The translations under genes were made by a program, and so were the position numbers. From IMG/VR virus record IMGVR_UViG_3300010262_000228: a DNA stretch of 64,000 nt, one strand, 5' to 3'. Below are positions 20,637-29,863 of this stretch, piece after piece (the first letter of the stretch is position 1; each line of letters opens with the position of its first letter). The notes under the pieces were generated by a model. That model did no database searches. It saw only the letters and a list, made by a program, of their open reading frames with translations, and was not told the origin of the DNA. The stretch comes from an uncultured virus (IMG/VR IMGVR_UViG_3300010262_000228) (Duplodnaviria; Heunggongvirae; Uroviricota; Caudoviricetes).

Positions 20637-21707
20637 TCAGTGTACTGCTACTTCCACCAATTGAGGTGTTGCAGCAGCGTTTGTTTTATCCTGATACGCA
20701 ATCAGTAAATATGAGTCCGGGCAACGGAAAGCGGTCGAATACACCTCAAAGGGTTCGTTGCAAATCTCAGTAACCAGCCCATCGGTGAGAGAGATTGAAT
20801 AGAGCGTCCCATCTTCCTGGTATAATACTTCGTCGCTTGTTGCCGAAACCAACCGCATGGAAGGATCGTTGGCACGGTACAGTTCTTCAGCTTTGTTACC
20901 ATTTGTGTGGCTAGTAAAAATCAAATCTGCACTCTCAATGATTAAATCACCATTTACAAAAAAGCGTTCGACATTCGACACAATGGAAGTCGCTGTTCCG
21001 GAACTGATCGAATGATTATATAAGTATTGGGTATTGGTGAGATACACAACGCTGTCGCCACAAACGAGGAAACTTGCAACTGGGTCATCAACGATGATAC
21101 TTTTCTCAGATCCATCGAGGTTTACGCAGGCAATAGAACTTGAGTCGGTATAACTGATGTAATAGACCTTCCCGTTGGCAACAAAGACTTCGCCACAATT
21201 ATCCTGAGAAACAACGAACTCGTCCTGCGTTTTCAGGTTGTACGCATGGATATTGCGGGTCAGGTCATCTCTATATATCACCGTGTCATCCAATACATTG
21301 ATGTAAGAAATACTAGAGTCGATCGTTTTAATTTCCTGATTATCAAGAACAAATACATAGGAATGCTCTTTCGGAGTTATTGACAGGGAATCCTTTGAAT
21401 AAAGCTTTCCGCCCGAAAGCAACACATTCACATCGTTACCAATGTCATTGTTATTCCAGCGAGAAAAAGTATCCTCGTATCTCAAATACTCAAAATCAAT
21501 GTTCTGGCTGTCATTCAGGTACTCTTCATATACCCGGCCACGCTCGCCACTTGTGCTTATCATGCCCAACACGATAGACGCAAGGATTCCCAAAGCGAAA
21601 ATCAAAGACACTCGCTTCTTTCGCTTGATGCCCTTTTCGGAGAAGGGTGCTGTTGCTTTATCGGCCCGCTTTTGCAAAGCCGCAATGTTTTCTCTTTTTG
21701 TAGCCAT
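20637..21707 (-). CDS. Membrane-anchored beta-propeller protein (DUF5050-like)
   Basis: One N-terminal TM then repeated short beta-strand units (VYY, NLDGS). Confidence 0.65.
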   Translation of the reverse strand: MATKRENIAALQKRADKATAPFSEKGIKRKKRVSLIFALGILASIVLGMISTSGERGRVYEEYLNDSQNIDFEYLRYEDTFSRWNNNDIGNDVNVLLSGGKLYSKDSLSITPKEHSYVFVLDNQEIKTIDSSISYINVLDDTVIYRDDLTRNIHAYNLKTQDEFVVSQDNCGEVFVANGKVYYISYTDSSSIACVNLDGSEKSIIVDDPVASFLVCGDSVVYLTNTQYLYNHSISSGTATSIVSNVERFFVNGDLIIESADLIFTSHTNGNKAEELYRANDPSMRLVSATSDEVLYQEDGTLYSISLTDGLVTEICNEPFEVYSTAFRCPDSYLLIAYQDKTNAAATPQLVEVAVH

Positions 21708-21709
21708 AT

Positions 21710-22477
21710 TTACCCCCTAATCCAGAACAGCAAGGTGACGAGAAAGACTATGAGGGTCCCCATCGAAACTGCTCCAGACGAAAGCAAGCCTGTCACCCCA
21801 CCAATAAGACTCGGAATAAGTAACGCAATCACGCCAACCGCAAATTTGGTAAATCTCCGGGTGCGTTTCTTCTTCTTAGCTGTGCGGATCTCGTCTTGCA
21901 AGCATTCAACTTTTTCCAGGTACTCTTGTTCTTTCTCTTGAATTTCGCTGCCACTGATGCAGTACTTCTTCCCGGCATATAAGGTGGCTATTGCAGCACC
22001 GTAATCAGAACAATTGGCAGGGAGATCATAGTAGTCTTCGTTTATGTCTTTAATAGTATCCTGATCAAAAATCGCCATGAAATCATCAGGAGCGATGTTG
22101 CAGTAGTTTTTACCGGTAGAGTTATGGAGTTTTGCAATGATTCGCTCTAAGCTATCTTTGTCCATAAAATCCGGTGCATCACCCTTCGTCAGACTGGGTG
22201 CATCACCATTTTGCAAAGAATAAACCAAGTCCTCCAGGACTGTAGGAATCAATGGCAGCACCTTAGTCACGTTAGAAAGCTGCTTCGGAGAATACGAACG
22301 TAGTTTGTCGGGCGCAAACAGTTCCTGGAATTGCTGGGAGAATGCTTCGCGCTTCGACACCTCAAGATATTCCGACGAATGTAAGATTGACTGCAATTTA
22401 CTCTCATGCGATAAAGTCTCGTCTTGAGGATTGCACCGATATAAGATAGACAGAAGAGAAACAGATTGGTTGTTCAT
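21710..22477 (-). CDS. Hypothetical protein with two C-terminal TM helices
   Basis: Basic stretch KKKKRTRR followed by two hydrophobic segments. Confidence 0.7.
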   Translation of the reverse strand: MNNQSVSLLSILYRCNPQDETLSHESKLQSILHSSEYLEVSKREAFSQQFQELFAPDKLRSYSPKQLSNVTKVLPLIPTVLEDLVYSLQNGDAPSLTKGDAPDFMDKDSLERIIAKLHNSTGKNYCNIAPDDFMAIFDQDTIKDINEDYYDLPANCSDYGAAIATLYAGKKYCISGSEIQEKEQEYLEKVECLQDEIRTAKKKKRTRRFTKFAVGVIALLIPSLIGGVTGLLSSGAVSMGTLIVFLVTLLFWIRG

Positions 22478-22490
22478 AGTTGTATCTCCT

Positions 22491-23036
22491 TTATTCGGTC
22501 GGAGTTACTTCAGATACGGTATTAACGGGCATATCAACCGGAGTGGTATCAGGGACATCCACCTTCGGCAAAATTGTGCTTCCCGGAACACTAGCAGCGC
22601 TGGTCAATCCCAACTGGGCACTCAAGTCAACAACATCGGTAGCTGCGGGAGCCTTGATGGAATTAAGGGTGCTGAGCGAAGGCGCCGCATTGCTATGGGA
22701 AGCGTGATTGCTATGGTTGCTATGAGAACTATGACTGCTGTGCGTACTGGAAGAATGGTTGCTGTGCCCAGAGCCGGACGAATGGGAAGAGTGCGAAGTA
22801 TGCGATACATGAGAATAGTGTCCGCCGCTTCCAGAAGAATGACTTCTATGGCTACTGTGAGATCTATGGCTGGAATGAGAACGATGTCCAGCAAACGCTT
22901 CATCCGCCAGCAAAAAGCAGAACAGTAGGAGCATAGAGCCAACAGTCAACACCTTGTTGCGGGGGATGTTACCCTCTTGGTCATACATAAAGTCTTCAAC
23001 CGCTTTTTTAATGTGCGGGAACAATGAATCGGCCAT
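22491..23036 (-). CDS. hxsA: His-Xaa-Ser repeat protein (HxsA-type putative radical-SAM substrate)
   Basis: 15 HxS and 4 HSN triplets after a hydrophobic leader; next to HxsB/HxsC. Confidence 0.85.
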   Translation of the reverse strand: MADSLFPHIKKAVEDFMYDQEGNIPRNKVLTVGSMLLLFCFLLADEAFAGHRSHSSHRSHSSHRSHSSGSGGHYSHVSHTSHSSHSSGSGHSNHSSSTHSSHSSHSNHSNHASHSNAAPSLSTLNSIKAPAATDVVDLSAQLGLTSAASVPGSTILPKVDVPDTTPVDMPVNTVSEVTPTE

Positions 23037-23048
23037 TTTCTATCCTCC

Positions 23049-24167
23049 TTAGCTCTCTACAACCTTGGTGCATTTACCGTTAGACCAAGTAGTAGTGAAT
23101 GTGTTTCCTGACTCTTTGTAATATGTAGCAGAGCCATCGGGCTTGCCATTGACAAATGTTCCTGTGATGTAAGGATAAGACTCTGCGGTGAAGTAGTATT
23201 CCCCACTTCCGCTCATGACACCATCAACCCATTCACCATCATAGGAAGCGATAACCGAAGAATTGCTTTTCCATTTGAAAACGCCGTCACCATGTCGGAC
23301 TCCATTCTTCACTTCACCTACATATGTATTTCCACTTTTATAGGTGATAGAGGCATCTCCAGTAACATCACCATCATAGCTGAGGCCGTCAGAAGTGACG
23401 AACTCAAAACCCGTCAATTCGCCAGAGGTGAATGTCGCTTCAAAGGAAGTAAAACCTTTCTCTGTAGCTAAAGCGCCCAGAGAGAATGTGCCGGAATCAT
23501 ATTTATTGTTGCTGAAGGTTCCTTTGTATGTACGGCCATCAGCAAATGTATATGTTCCATCATACATCTGATCGTTTTCCCAAGTCCCAGAGAAAGAGTC
23601 TCCGTTCTCCCAAACGAAAACACCCTTTCCTCCGCGCAAGCCGTGCTCGATGTCACCAACGTAAGTTCCACCGCTTGCGAATGCTGTCTCGGAATCGAAG
23701 CTACCAGAGCCAAATGCTCCATCCTCAAATGTTCCAGTATAAGTCAGCCCATTCACATAGGTCAGGGTTCCTTCGACCAGTCCATCAGCGGACCATGTTC
23801 CCTCAAAACGATCACCATTTTCCCAGGTATAGACGCCTTCACCATCACGAAGGGAATCGACAAAATCGCCTTCGTAGATGCCGCCTTCGATATACTGGAA
23901 CTCGCCAATGCCAGAATAAACGAGATCGGTGGCATTACCTAAATAAGTACCACCTTCGCTTTCGATAACGGTGTAGACCTGTGTAAAAGGCTCGGTTGAG
24001 GTCAGCTTCTCTGGGGAGGCAAAATTGGAAATTAAAGAGACAACGATTAGAAAAACAAATATCAGCCCGGTGTTTTTCAACAGGCCGCCAACAAAGCGTC
24101 CTGTCTTCTTGTTCTTTTGCGGCTTCGCAGCCTTAATTTTTGGTTTCGATTTCTTTACAATCTTCAT
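23049..24167 (-). CDS. Membrane-anchored MORN-repeat protein
   Basis: N-terminal TM; repeated YEGDF..G.RxG.G.Y.W.NG units. Confidence 0.85.
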   Translation of the reverse strand: MKIVKKSKPKIKAAKPQKNKKTGRFVGGLLKNTGLIFVFLIVVSLISNFASPEKLTSTEPFTQVYTVIESEGGTYLGNATDLVYSGIGEFQYIEGGIYEGDFVDSLRDGEGVYTWENGDRFEGTWSADGLVEGTLTYVNGLTYTGTFEDGAFGSGSFDSETAFASGGTYVGDIEHGLRGGKGVFVWENGDSFSGTWENDQMYDGTYTFADGRTYKGTFSNNKYDSGTFSLGALATEKGFTSFEATFTSGELTGFEFVTSDGLSYDGDVTGDASITYKSGNTYVGEVKNGVRHGDGVFKWKSNSSVIASYDGEWVDGVMSGSGEYYFTAESYPYITGTFVNGKPDGSATYYKESGNTFTTTWSNGKCTKVVES

Positions 24168-24171
24168 AGTT

Positions 24172-25566
24172 TTAACCCTCAATCCAAGAATGCAAAATTC
24201 GAATTGTTTCCTCGTCGTTTTCCTTCAGCAACGAGAAAAGATGATCCAGAATGCCGGCATATACTTTGCAGCGATAACCATGGGCTTGTCTCGCAAAAAT
24301 ATCTCCGTCCATCGCATAATTGATCACCGGACAGACTCCGCAGTACGGGTGGTAAACACAATCGCAGCAACCGGGTATCGATTCAAGAACTGACGAAGCA
24401 CAAGTTACCTTGCAGGTGCTCGAACTTACAAGAGACTCATAATCATCGGAGAATACATCTCCTAAACAGAAGGCATTGTCACCGGCCTCCGCAACCATTC
24501 GGCCTTCATCGCAGGTATAAACCTTACCATCATAATAGTAAGCCATTTGGCCAACACCGGCACCGCAAGGGGATCGGAGTTCCATGTAGTTGTAGGAATA
24601 TCCGTGCAATATCTTTTTTAAGAAATATGTAGAATGCTGCTCTGGGAAACAAAGCCCTTCCCGATTCACCGCAAGAATCTCGTCGAAAGCCTCTTTATAG
24701 AAAGCGGAAAATTCCTCCGGAGAGTATCCAATAAGATCCCAATCTTCTTTTGCAAAGCCGAGTGGAGTCAAGGGGCGGAGGAAGATCCCGTTGGTTCCGA
24801 TGCTAACATATTCACGAACGATCTCTTTCGCATAGGCCAATGACTCTCTGGTTGTTGTTTGAATAGCACCAACAGAGTAGTTTTTTGCATGAATACGCTG
24901 CACGCCATCCATAACATACTCATAGCTGCTACCGACACCACAAATTCTTCGGTTATGATCGTGCAAGACCTTGGGGCCATCGAGCGATGTGCTGATTGAG
25001 AAGTTGTGTTCAATCAGAAAATCGAGAATTTCGTCCGTTGCAAGGGTGAGATTGGAAACAATGGTATATTCAATTTTCTTGTCCCCCTTGTGAGCCTCGC
25101 TGTATTCAACCATCGCTTTTATTGTCGCAAAGTTGACCAGCGGTTCCCCACCTTGAAACTCAAACGTGAGATTGTTGGAAGGAGACTGAAGCGCAATGTC
25201 TATGGCTCGAATACCCACCTCAGCGGACATCATGCCGTGCTTTCTCTCCTTTGATGCCTGTGCTTGACAATAAATACACTGGAGATTGCAGGCATTGGTA
25301 ACAACAAAAATGTGGAGGGTTGTTGGGGTGAATACATAGTTCTTCATTTTGCGTAGATCTGAAGCAATCTCGCTGGAGTACAGCTCCATTGGTTCAAGCA
25401 AAAACAATTTTTGATGCAGTTGCTCATACAAAGGCGAACTCGTATCGACCTGATTTGTGGCTAGTGCCCGAAACTCGGAATCGGTCAAAAAGGCATGGAG
25501 TCCAAAGTCATTTGTGACTAGCACACAATCTTTGTCGATCTTTTTGAAATTGAAATGATTAAGCAT
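24172..25566 (-). CDS. hxsB: His-Xaa-Ser system radical SAM/SPASM maturase HxsB
   Basis: LHIFVVTNACNLQCIYCQA, EFQGGEPL, YMELRSPCGAG, YTCDEGRM, C-terminal Cys cluster. Confidence 0.88.
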   Translation of the reverse strand: MLNHFNFKKIDKDCVLVTNDFGLHAFLTDSEFRALATNQVDTSSPLYEQLHQKLFLLEPMELYSSEIASDLRKMKNYVFTPTTLHIFVVTNACNLQCIYCQAQASKERKHGMMSAEVGIRAIDIALQSPSNNLTFEFQGGEPLVNFATIKAMVEYSEAHKGDKKIEYTIVSNLTLATDEILDFLIEHNFSISTSLDGPKVLHDHNRRICGVGSSYEYVMDGVQRIHAKNYSVGAIQTTTRESLAYAKEIVREYVSIGTNGIFLRPLTPLGFAKEDWDLIGYSPEEFSAFYKEAFDEILAVNREGLCFPEQHSTYFLKKILHGYSYNYMELRSPCGAGVGQMAYYYDGKVYTCDEGRMVAEAGDNAFCLGDVFSDDYESLVSSSTCKVTCASSVLESIPGCCDCVYHPYCGVCPVINYAMDGDIFARQAHGYRCKVYAGILDHLFSLLKENDEETIRILHSWIEG

Positions 25567-25590
25567 AGTATTCGACCACCAAAAGAAGAG

Positions 25591-26691
25591 TTAAAGATGT
25601 ATAGGGATGACCTTTGGTTTGGCAACACCCAAAGTGCTGCTGAAATACCCGCCGCAAAACGATTTTGCATCACATTCATCGCAGCCGGAAGCATACCGTA
25701 TCTTGTACGGCGTAATGCTCTGGCGGCATAGGGACCAAAATCCTCGTTCGACTGTGCAAAGCGGGTAGTTATATAACGATGTATCAATTCCTGCATCGAC
25801 CAAAACACGCAGCGCCGGCTTTATGAACTTAAATGTTTCTGTATAGTCCATGTAAACCTGTTCGAAGTTTTTCGCACAGTTTCCAAGCGTTTCCAATCCG
25901 ATAAAGTTAACAATCCGCACTTTGGGCAGGGTCGTCTTTATGAATTGAGCTATATCGGAAAGATATTCGACATTCAATTTAGATACAACGACTCTAAGCT
26001 CAATAGGAATACCCTTCGCAGAGAGATTGTGAATTCCCATAAGGGTGTGCTTAAAGCTATCCTTAGCTCTTGCTATCGAATCATGCAAACCAGCGTTATG
26101 GCCGTGTAAAGGAATGGCGATTTCCAAAAATGGAGGGCAATGGGACACAAGCTTTTCCACCATTGATTTTGAGGCGAATGACCTCCCGTTGGTCAATAGT
26201 AGAACACCGGCAGTTGGGAACTTGTCTGCTAACAATTCCATGGCCATGAAGAATTGATTTGTCTTCAGTGTCGGCTCGCCGCCAGTCACAACGATGTGAG
26301 ACAGATCCGGAGGAAGCAGCTCAATATATTTTCTGAGCAAATCATCTGTGTAGCCAGTATTATACTGTCGCTCGTAATCTGAACAAGGACACATCACGCA
26401 GTTAGAGTTACATTGCCCAGTAATGAAGACCGTCGCATCAGAGTCGCAGCTATCATACAGTTTGTAAACAAAGCCGGTATTACTTATTGAGATAATATCT
26501 CCGGAGCGAAGCTCGTTGTGAAACTTTTCTGCATGGGTTCCAAGTTCGAAATCCGCACCTATAGATAAAATCGTTGCGGAAGACTCGTGAAGCACAAAAA
26601 TATCTTCTCTACAAACAGCAAGATCATCCTCATCTGTCTGAACCATCAGGACAAATTCTTCTGATTTATAGTTCGGTATCATCAGAGCCAT
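25591..26691 (-). CDS. hxsC: His-Xaa-Ser system radical SAM maturase HxsC
   Basis: TGQCNSNCVMC, TGGEPT, LLTNGRSF, IELRVV, YNYPLC, CDEC..SFCGG. Confidence 0.85.
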   Translation of the reverse strand: MALMIPNYKSEEFVLMVQTDEDDLAVCREDIFVLHESSATILSIGADFELGTHAEKFHNELRSGDIISISNTGFVYKLYDSCDSDATVFITGQCNSNCVMCPCSDYERQYNTGYTDDLLRKYIELLPPDLSHIVVTGGEPTLKTNQFFMAMELLADKFPTAGVLLLTNGRSFASKSMVEKLVSHCPPFLEIAIPLHGHNAGLHDSIARAKDSFKHTLMGIHNLSAKGIPIELRVVVSKLNVEYLSDIAQFIKTTLPKVRIVNFIGLETLGNCAKNFEQVYMDYTETFKFIKPALRVLVDAGIDTSLYNYPLCTVERGFWSLCRQSITPYKIRYASGCDECDAKSFCGGYFSSTLGVAKPKVIPIHL

Positions 26692-27731
26692 AGCATAATC
26701 ACCTCGATCAGGAGAAAAATGATTGTTCCGATACTAATAAAAGTGGCAAAAGGAATCTTTCTAACTATTACAACAAAAGGTTTTCCGAGAGATGAGGTCT
26801 CCCAACGATGAATACTTTCTGCCTCTTCAGCGGTTATTCTCGACCGCAGGTCTTCAGTCATCCCTGTAGGCAACCCTTGCACTCGTGAAGGCTTGAAACT
26901 CATAACGGTAGCAGCTGAGAGTATATTGCCCTTTCGTACTTCGGAAGTGGGGATTGCTTTATAGTTGTATTTTTCCGAAATCAGTCTGACGCCCATAATA
27001 CCGAGAACAAGAAGCCAAGATCTCACATCAAAGGTGGTGGAGAGAGATACAACGTGCGTTACGGTAAGGCCAGCAATTAGGAGCCAAATGGCTACGGTAT
27101 AACAAACAAGGATTCGAAAACGGAGTTTTGCCCTCAGATGGATCAATGTGAGAACCACCAAAAAATTGATTGCCGTTGCAAATACAGTATCACTGTTATA
27201 CAGGTTGTGGAATAACCGAGAAAAAAGCAAATTGATCACAAGGATAGATCCGACCATCGAGAAATACGAGACTATTCCTTCGAGGAAATGGGGTTGTCCA
27301 AATGATACCTTAAATAAATCTTTGTTCCGAATTCCAAGAACAATTGATTCCGCAACAACAAAAATGAAAGCAATAGAAAAGGTCAGCACAATGATTACGA
27401 AACCCGACCAAATTCCGATATCCCAGAAAGAGTAAAATCGACCAGGAATGCTGAGGCCAACAACAAATAGCAGCTTGCTGTCGCCGGCAGCCCATAAATG
27501 ATAACCGTAGAAGGCTATGGCCACAATGACCAACAAGAGCATATTGGTTGCCGCAAGCACAAAATACTCAGAGGCAAACCCCAGATAATAAATTGCATCC
27601 AATATCGCAGCAACGGCACCGCATTTTGCAAGTGTTCTGTTCTTTACAATGCTCTCTTTACAGTCGGTATAGCTGGAGCACACAAGAAGAACTATTAGAT
27701 TGGTTAAAAGTAAAGCTTCAAGAATAATCAT
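26682..27731 (-). CDS. A24 (prepilin/preflagellin-type) aspartyl peptidase
   Basis: Polytopic membrane protein with SYTD and AAGDSKL catalytic Asp motifs; C-terminal IPFA. Confidence 0.75.
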   Translation of the reverse strand: MIILEALLLTNLIVLLVCSSYTDCKESIVKNRTLAKCGAVAAILDAIYYLGFASEYFVLAATNMLLLVIVAIAFYGYHLWAAGDSKLLFVVGLSIPGRFYSFWDIGIWSGFVIIVLTFSIAFIFVVAESIVLGIRNKDLFKVSFGQPHFLEGIVSYFSMVGSILVINLLFSRLFHNLYNSDTVFATAINFLVVLTLIHLRAKLRFRILVCYTVAIWLLIAGLTVTHVVSLSTTFDVRSWLLVLGIMGVRLISEKYNYKAIPTSEVRKGNILSAATVMSFKPSRVQGLPTGMTEDLRSRITAEEAESIHRWETSSLGKPFVVIVRKIPFATFISIGTIIFLLIEVIMLWL

Positions 27732-27949
27732 ATTTCTCCACGGGCATTTGAAAGCTCAATAAGATAGTTTGAAAATTCGTTCGCAGTCAGCTCAAGATCA
27801 GCCACACTTTTTATAAAAATGCAGAGTGTGCCCCCACGCTGGCGCTTTTTCATAATCACACAAATAGAGCGGTAATCCAGAATGGCGCGATCGATCAGAG
27901 CCTCGCTATATACCGTTTGCGGTAAAAAGAGTTCAATTCTTTTTTTCAT
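27728..27949 (-). CDS. HxsD-like small protein
   Basis: VYS..LI..AI.DY...ANEFSNYLIEL pattern; in Hxs operon. Confidence 0.6.
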   Translation of the reverse strand: MKKRIELFLPQTVYSEALIDRAILDYRSICVIMKKRQRGGTLCIFIKSVADLELTANEFSNYLIELSNARGEI

Positions 27950-28325
27950 AGCTATCAAACCAATTCGTTAGGATGGAATTCAATTCGTTTTCATCGATGT
28001 CTGCCTGATCACCCGCAATGCGCTCCATCGGATCATTATCATCTATCATAGTAGACGTCATTGCGCGGGCCATCAGCAATTCACGGAGGGTGTGCGTCTG
28101 CTGATAAACATTCCACCGTACAGCCTGTGAAATAAGTTCATTCTCGAACTCGCCCATAAATGCGGCATAATTACCGGCATCGTTTTTCAAACTAAAATTG
28201 ATGATCCATGTGTCGGGGGTTTCATCAATATGGATATACGCATCTTTTATAAACGCATAGGCTGCTTTAAGGATAACCTGTGGCAAATACATACCCTTTG
28301 TAACGGTAAAGGAAAACTTGTTCAT
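27933..28325 (-). CDS. hxsD: His-Xaa-Ser system protein HxsD
   Basis: ILKAAYAF...GEFENELI...LRELLMARAM. Confidence 0.7.
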   Translation of the reverse strand: MNKFSFTVTKGMYLPQVILKAAYAFIKDAYIHIDETPDTWIINFSLKNDAGNYAAFMGEFENELISQAVRWNVYQQTHTLRELLMARAMTSTMIDDNDPMERIAGDQADIDENELNSILTNWFDSYEKKN

Positions 28326-28371
28326 TTGGGAATCCCCTTCATTCGAGATATAGGTTAATTCGTAGGTGATG

Positions 28372-28581
28372 TTATTCTTTGTCGGGAACATACTCTATGA
28401 TGTCGCCGAAGTTTAACGAAAGCTCTTTACAAATGCGTTCGAGAACAGCAAGGGATACAGGCTCATCTTTGCGCATTTTCGTCAGTGTGTTTGGGGACAA
28501 CTGTAGCTGCTTGCGCAAGTCTGCCTTGCTCATTTTTCGGTCAATAAGATGCTTCCACAGAGGATTATAAGAAATAGCCAT
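28372..28581 (-). CDS. Cro/XRE-like HTH (HTH_26) regulator, first gene of the operon
   Basis: ISYNPLWKHLIDR.MSK..L...VSL.VL.RIC..L. Confidence 0.85.
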   Translation of the reverse strand: MAISYNPLWKHLIDRKMSKADLRKQLQLSPNTLTKMRKDEPVSLAVLERICKELSLNFGDIIEYVPDKE

Positions 28582-28633
28582 TACGACACCCCACATATGC
28601 GACTTGCTCGCAATTTAGATTTCTGATAGACTA

Positions 28634-28738
28634 AGGATAGCATAAATACAACCATTTCTCAATAGCGTTTCACACGTTCTTGTGAAATCCTCCCTCAAAA
28701 CCTGCGTTCTTGCCGTTTGGCAGTGAGCGTGCTATACT
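28634..28738. promoter_or_regulatory. Divergent sigma70-type promoters with a palindromic operator between them
   Basis: Minus: TTGAGA (28662-28657)-17-TATCCT with extended TG; plus: TTGCCG (28710)-17-TATACT (28733); palindrome TTTCACA-N6-TGTGAAA 28668-28687. Confidence 0.6.
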
Positions 28739-28765
28739 CATTATACATCTTTGTGGAGGTGTGTT

Positions 28766-29722
28766 ATGGATCTGAGCAATCGAACTCTTCTTGTGTTAAA
28801 ACATCTGTGGGAAAAATCTGATGAGGATCACCCCATCACGATAAGCAATCTGCGGGAGTTTCTGAGTCAATCAAACATTTCCGCAGATCCACGAACACTG
28901 AGAAAAGACATAGAACAACTCATTCAACTTGGCGTTGATATTGTGTGCAATCGTTCCGTGCAAAACCAGTACCACGTTGCAACGAGGCACTTCGATTCTC
29001 CAGAGGTGAAGCTTCTCATTGACGCAATTCAATCAGCACGATTTATTACACCCAAAAAGAGCAAGGAACTCATCAATAAGCTATCTACCTTTGTAGCGCC
29101 TTGTGATGTAAAGGTGTTGAAGCGGCAGCTCTACGTTGAGGGGCGAACAAAAGCAAACAACGAAAGCATCTACTTAACTGTGGATCGCCTCCAAACGGCA
29201 ATCACCGACGAACATAAAGTGCGGTTTCAATATTTTAGTTACTCTGCGGTGAAGGAAAAGAAATTGCGCCACAATGGAGACTTCTATGACGTGTCTCCTT
29301 ATGCTCTGGTCTGGTATAATGACACATACTATCTAGCCGGCCATCATCAGAGGAGAGGAATTGTCGCAAAATTCCGTGTTGATCGGATAGTCAATTTGGA
29401 GATTGTTGAGGAAGACGCCATTCCGAAACCCGCTGATTTTTCGGTGGCAGAGTTCTTTGCTCACGAGTTTTCGATGTTTGATGGAAAAGATTGCAGAGTA
29501 GAGTTGCTTTGTGAAAACCCTCTTATGAATAGCATCATTGATCGCTTTGGAGAGAGTGTTGATACAAAAATTATTGACGATAAGCATTTTCTGGCAACAG
29601 CTACGGTTGATTTGAGCAGCAACTTTTATGGTTGGGTGTTCGCTTCAGCTGGGAAAATGAAAATTGTTGGTCCGCAAGAAGCAGTATCAGAGTTTAATTA
29701 TATCATGGATTGTTTCAAATAG
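28766..29722 (+). CDS. HTH-WYL-WCX transcriptional regulator
   Basis: N-terminal wHTH (RTLRKDIEQL), VSPYALVW..DTYYL, FRVDRI, IIDRFG, FYGWV. Confidence 0.88.
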   Translation: MDLSNRTLLVLKHLWEKSDEDHPITISNLREFLSQSNISADPRTLRKDIEQLIQLGVDIVCNRSVQNQYHVATRHFDSPEVKLLIDAIQSARFITPKKSKELINKLSTFVAPCDVKVLKRQLYVEGRTKANNESIYLTVDRLQTAITDEHKVRFQYFSYSAVKEKKLRHNGDFYDVSPYALVWYNDTYYLAGHHQRRGIVAKFRVDRIVNLEIVEEDAIPKPADFSVAEFFAHEFSMFDGKDCRVELLCENPLMNSIIDRFGESVDTKIIDDKHFLATATVDLSSNFYGWVFASAGKMKIVGPQEAVSEFNYIMDCFK

Positions 29723-29863
29723 GGAGCCAACCCGCATCCAAGGTGAGCATTTGAATGCACACCTCGGGCTTGATTTTCAGTTGCGTTAATGAGACAATAA
29801 CTCTATATGTCTGTTGTTGCGCCTATGTTCCGCAACAAAACAATGCTAATGATATTTTAGGAG

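Noticed and set aside
23049..24167. DNA-level tandem repeat or diversity-generating region
   Set aside because: The repetition is at protein level (MORN) with diverged codons; no reverse transcriptase or template/variable repeat pair was seen.
26682..27731. Type IV/Tad pilus locus
   Set aside because: No pilus ATPase, platform protein or canonical pilin in the window.
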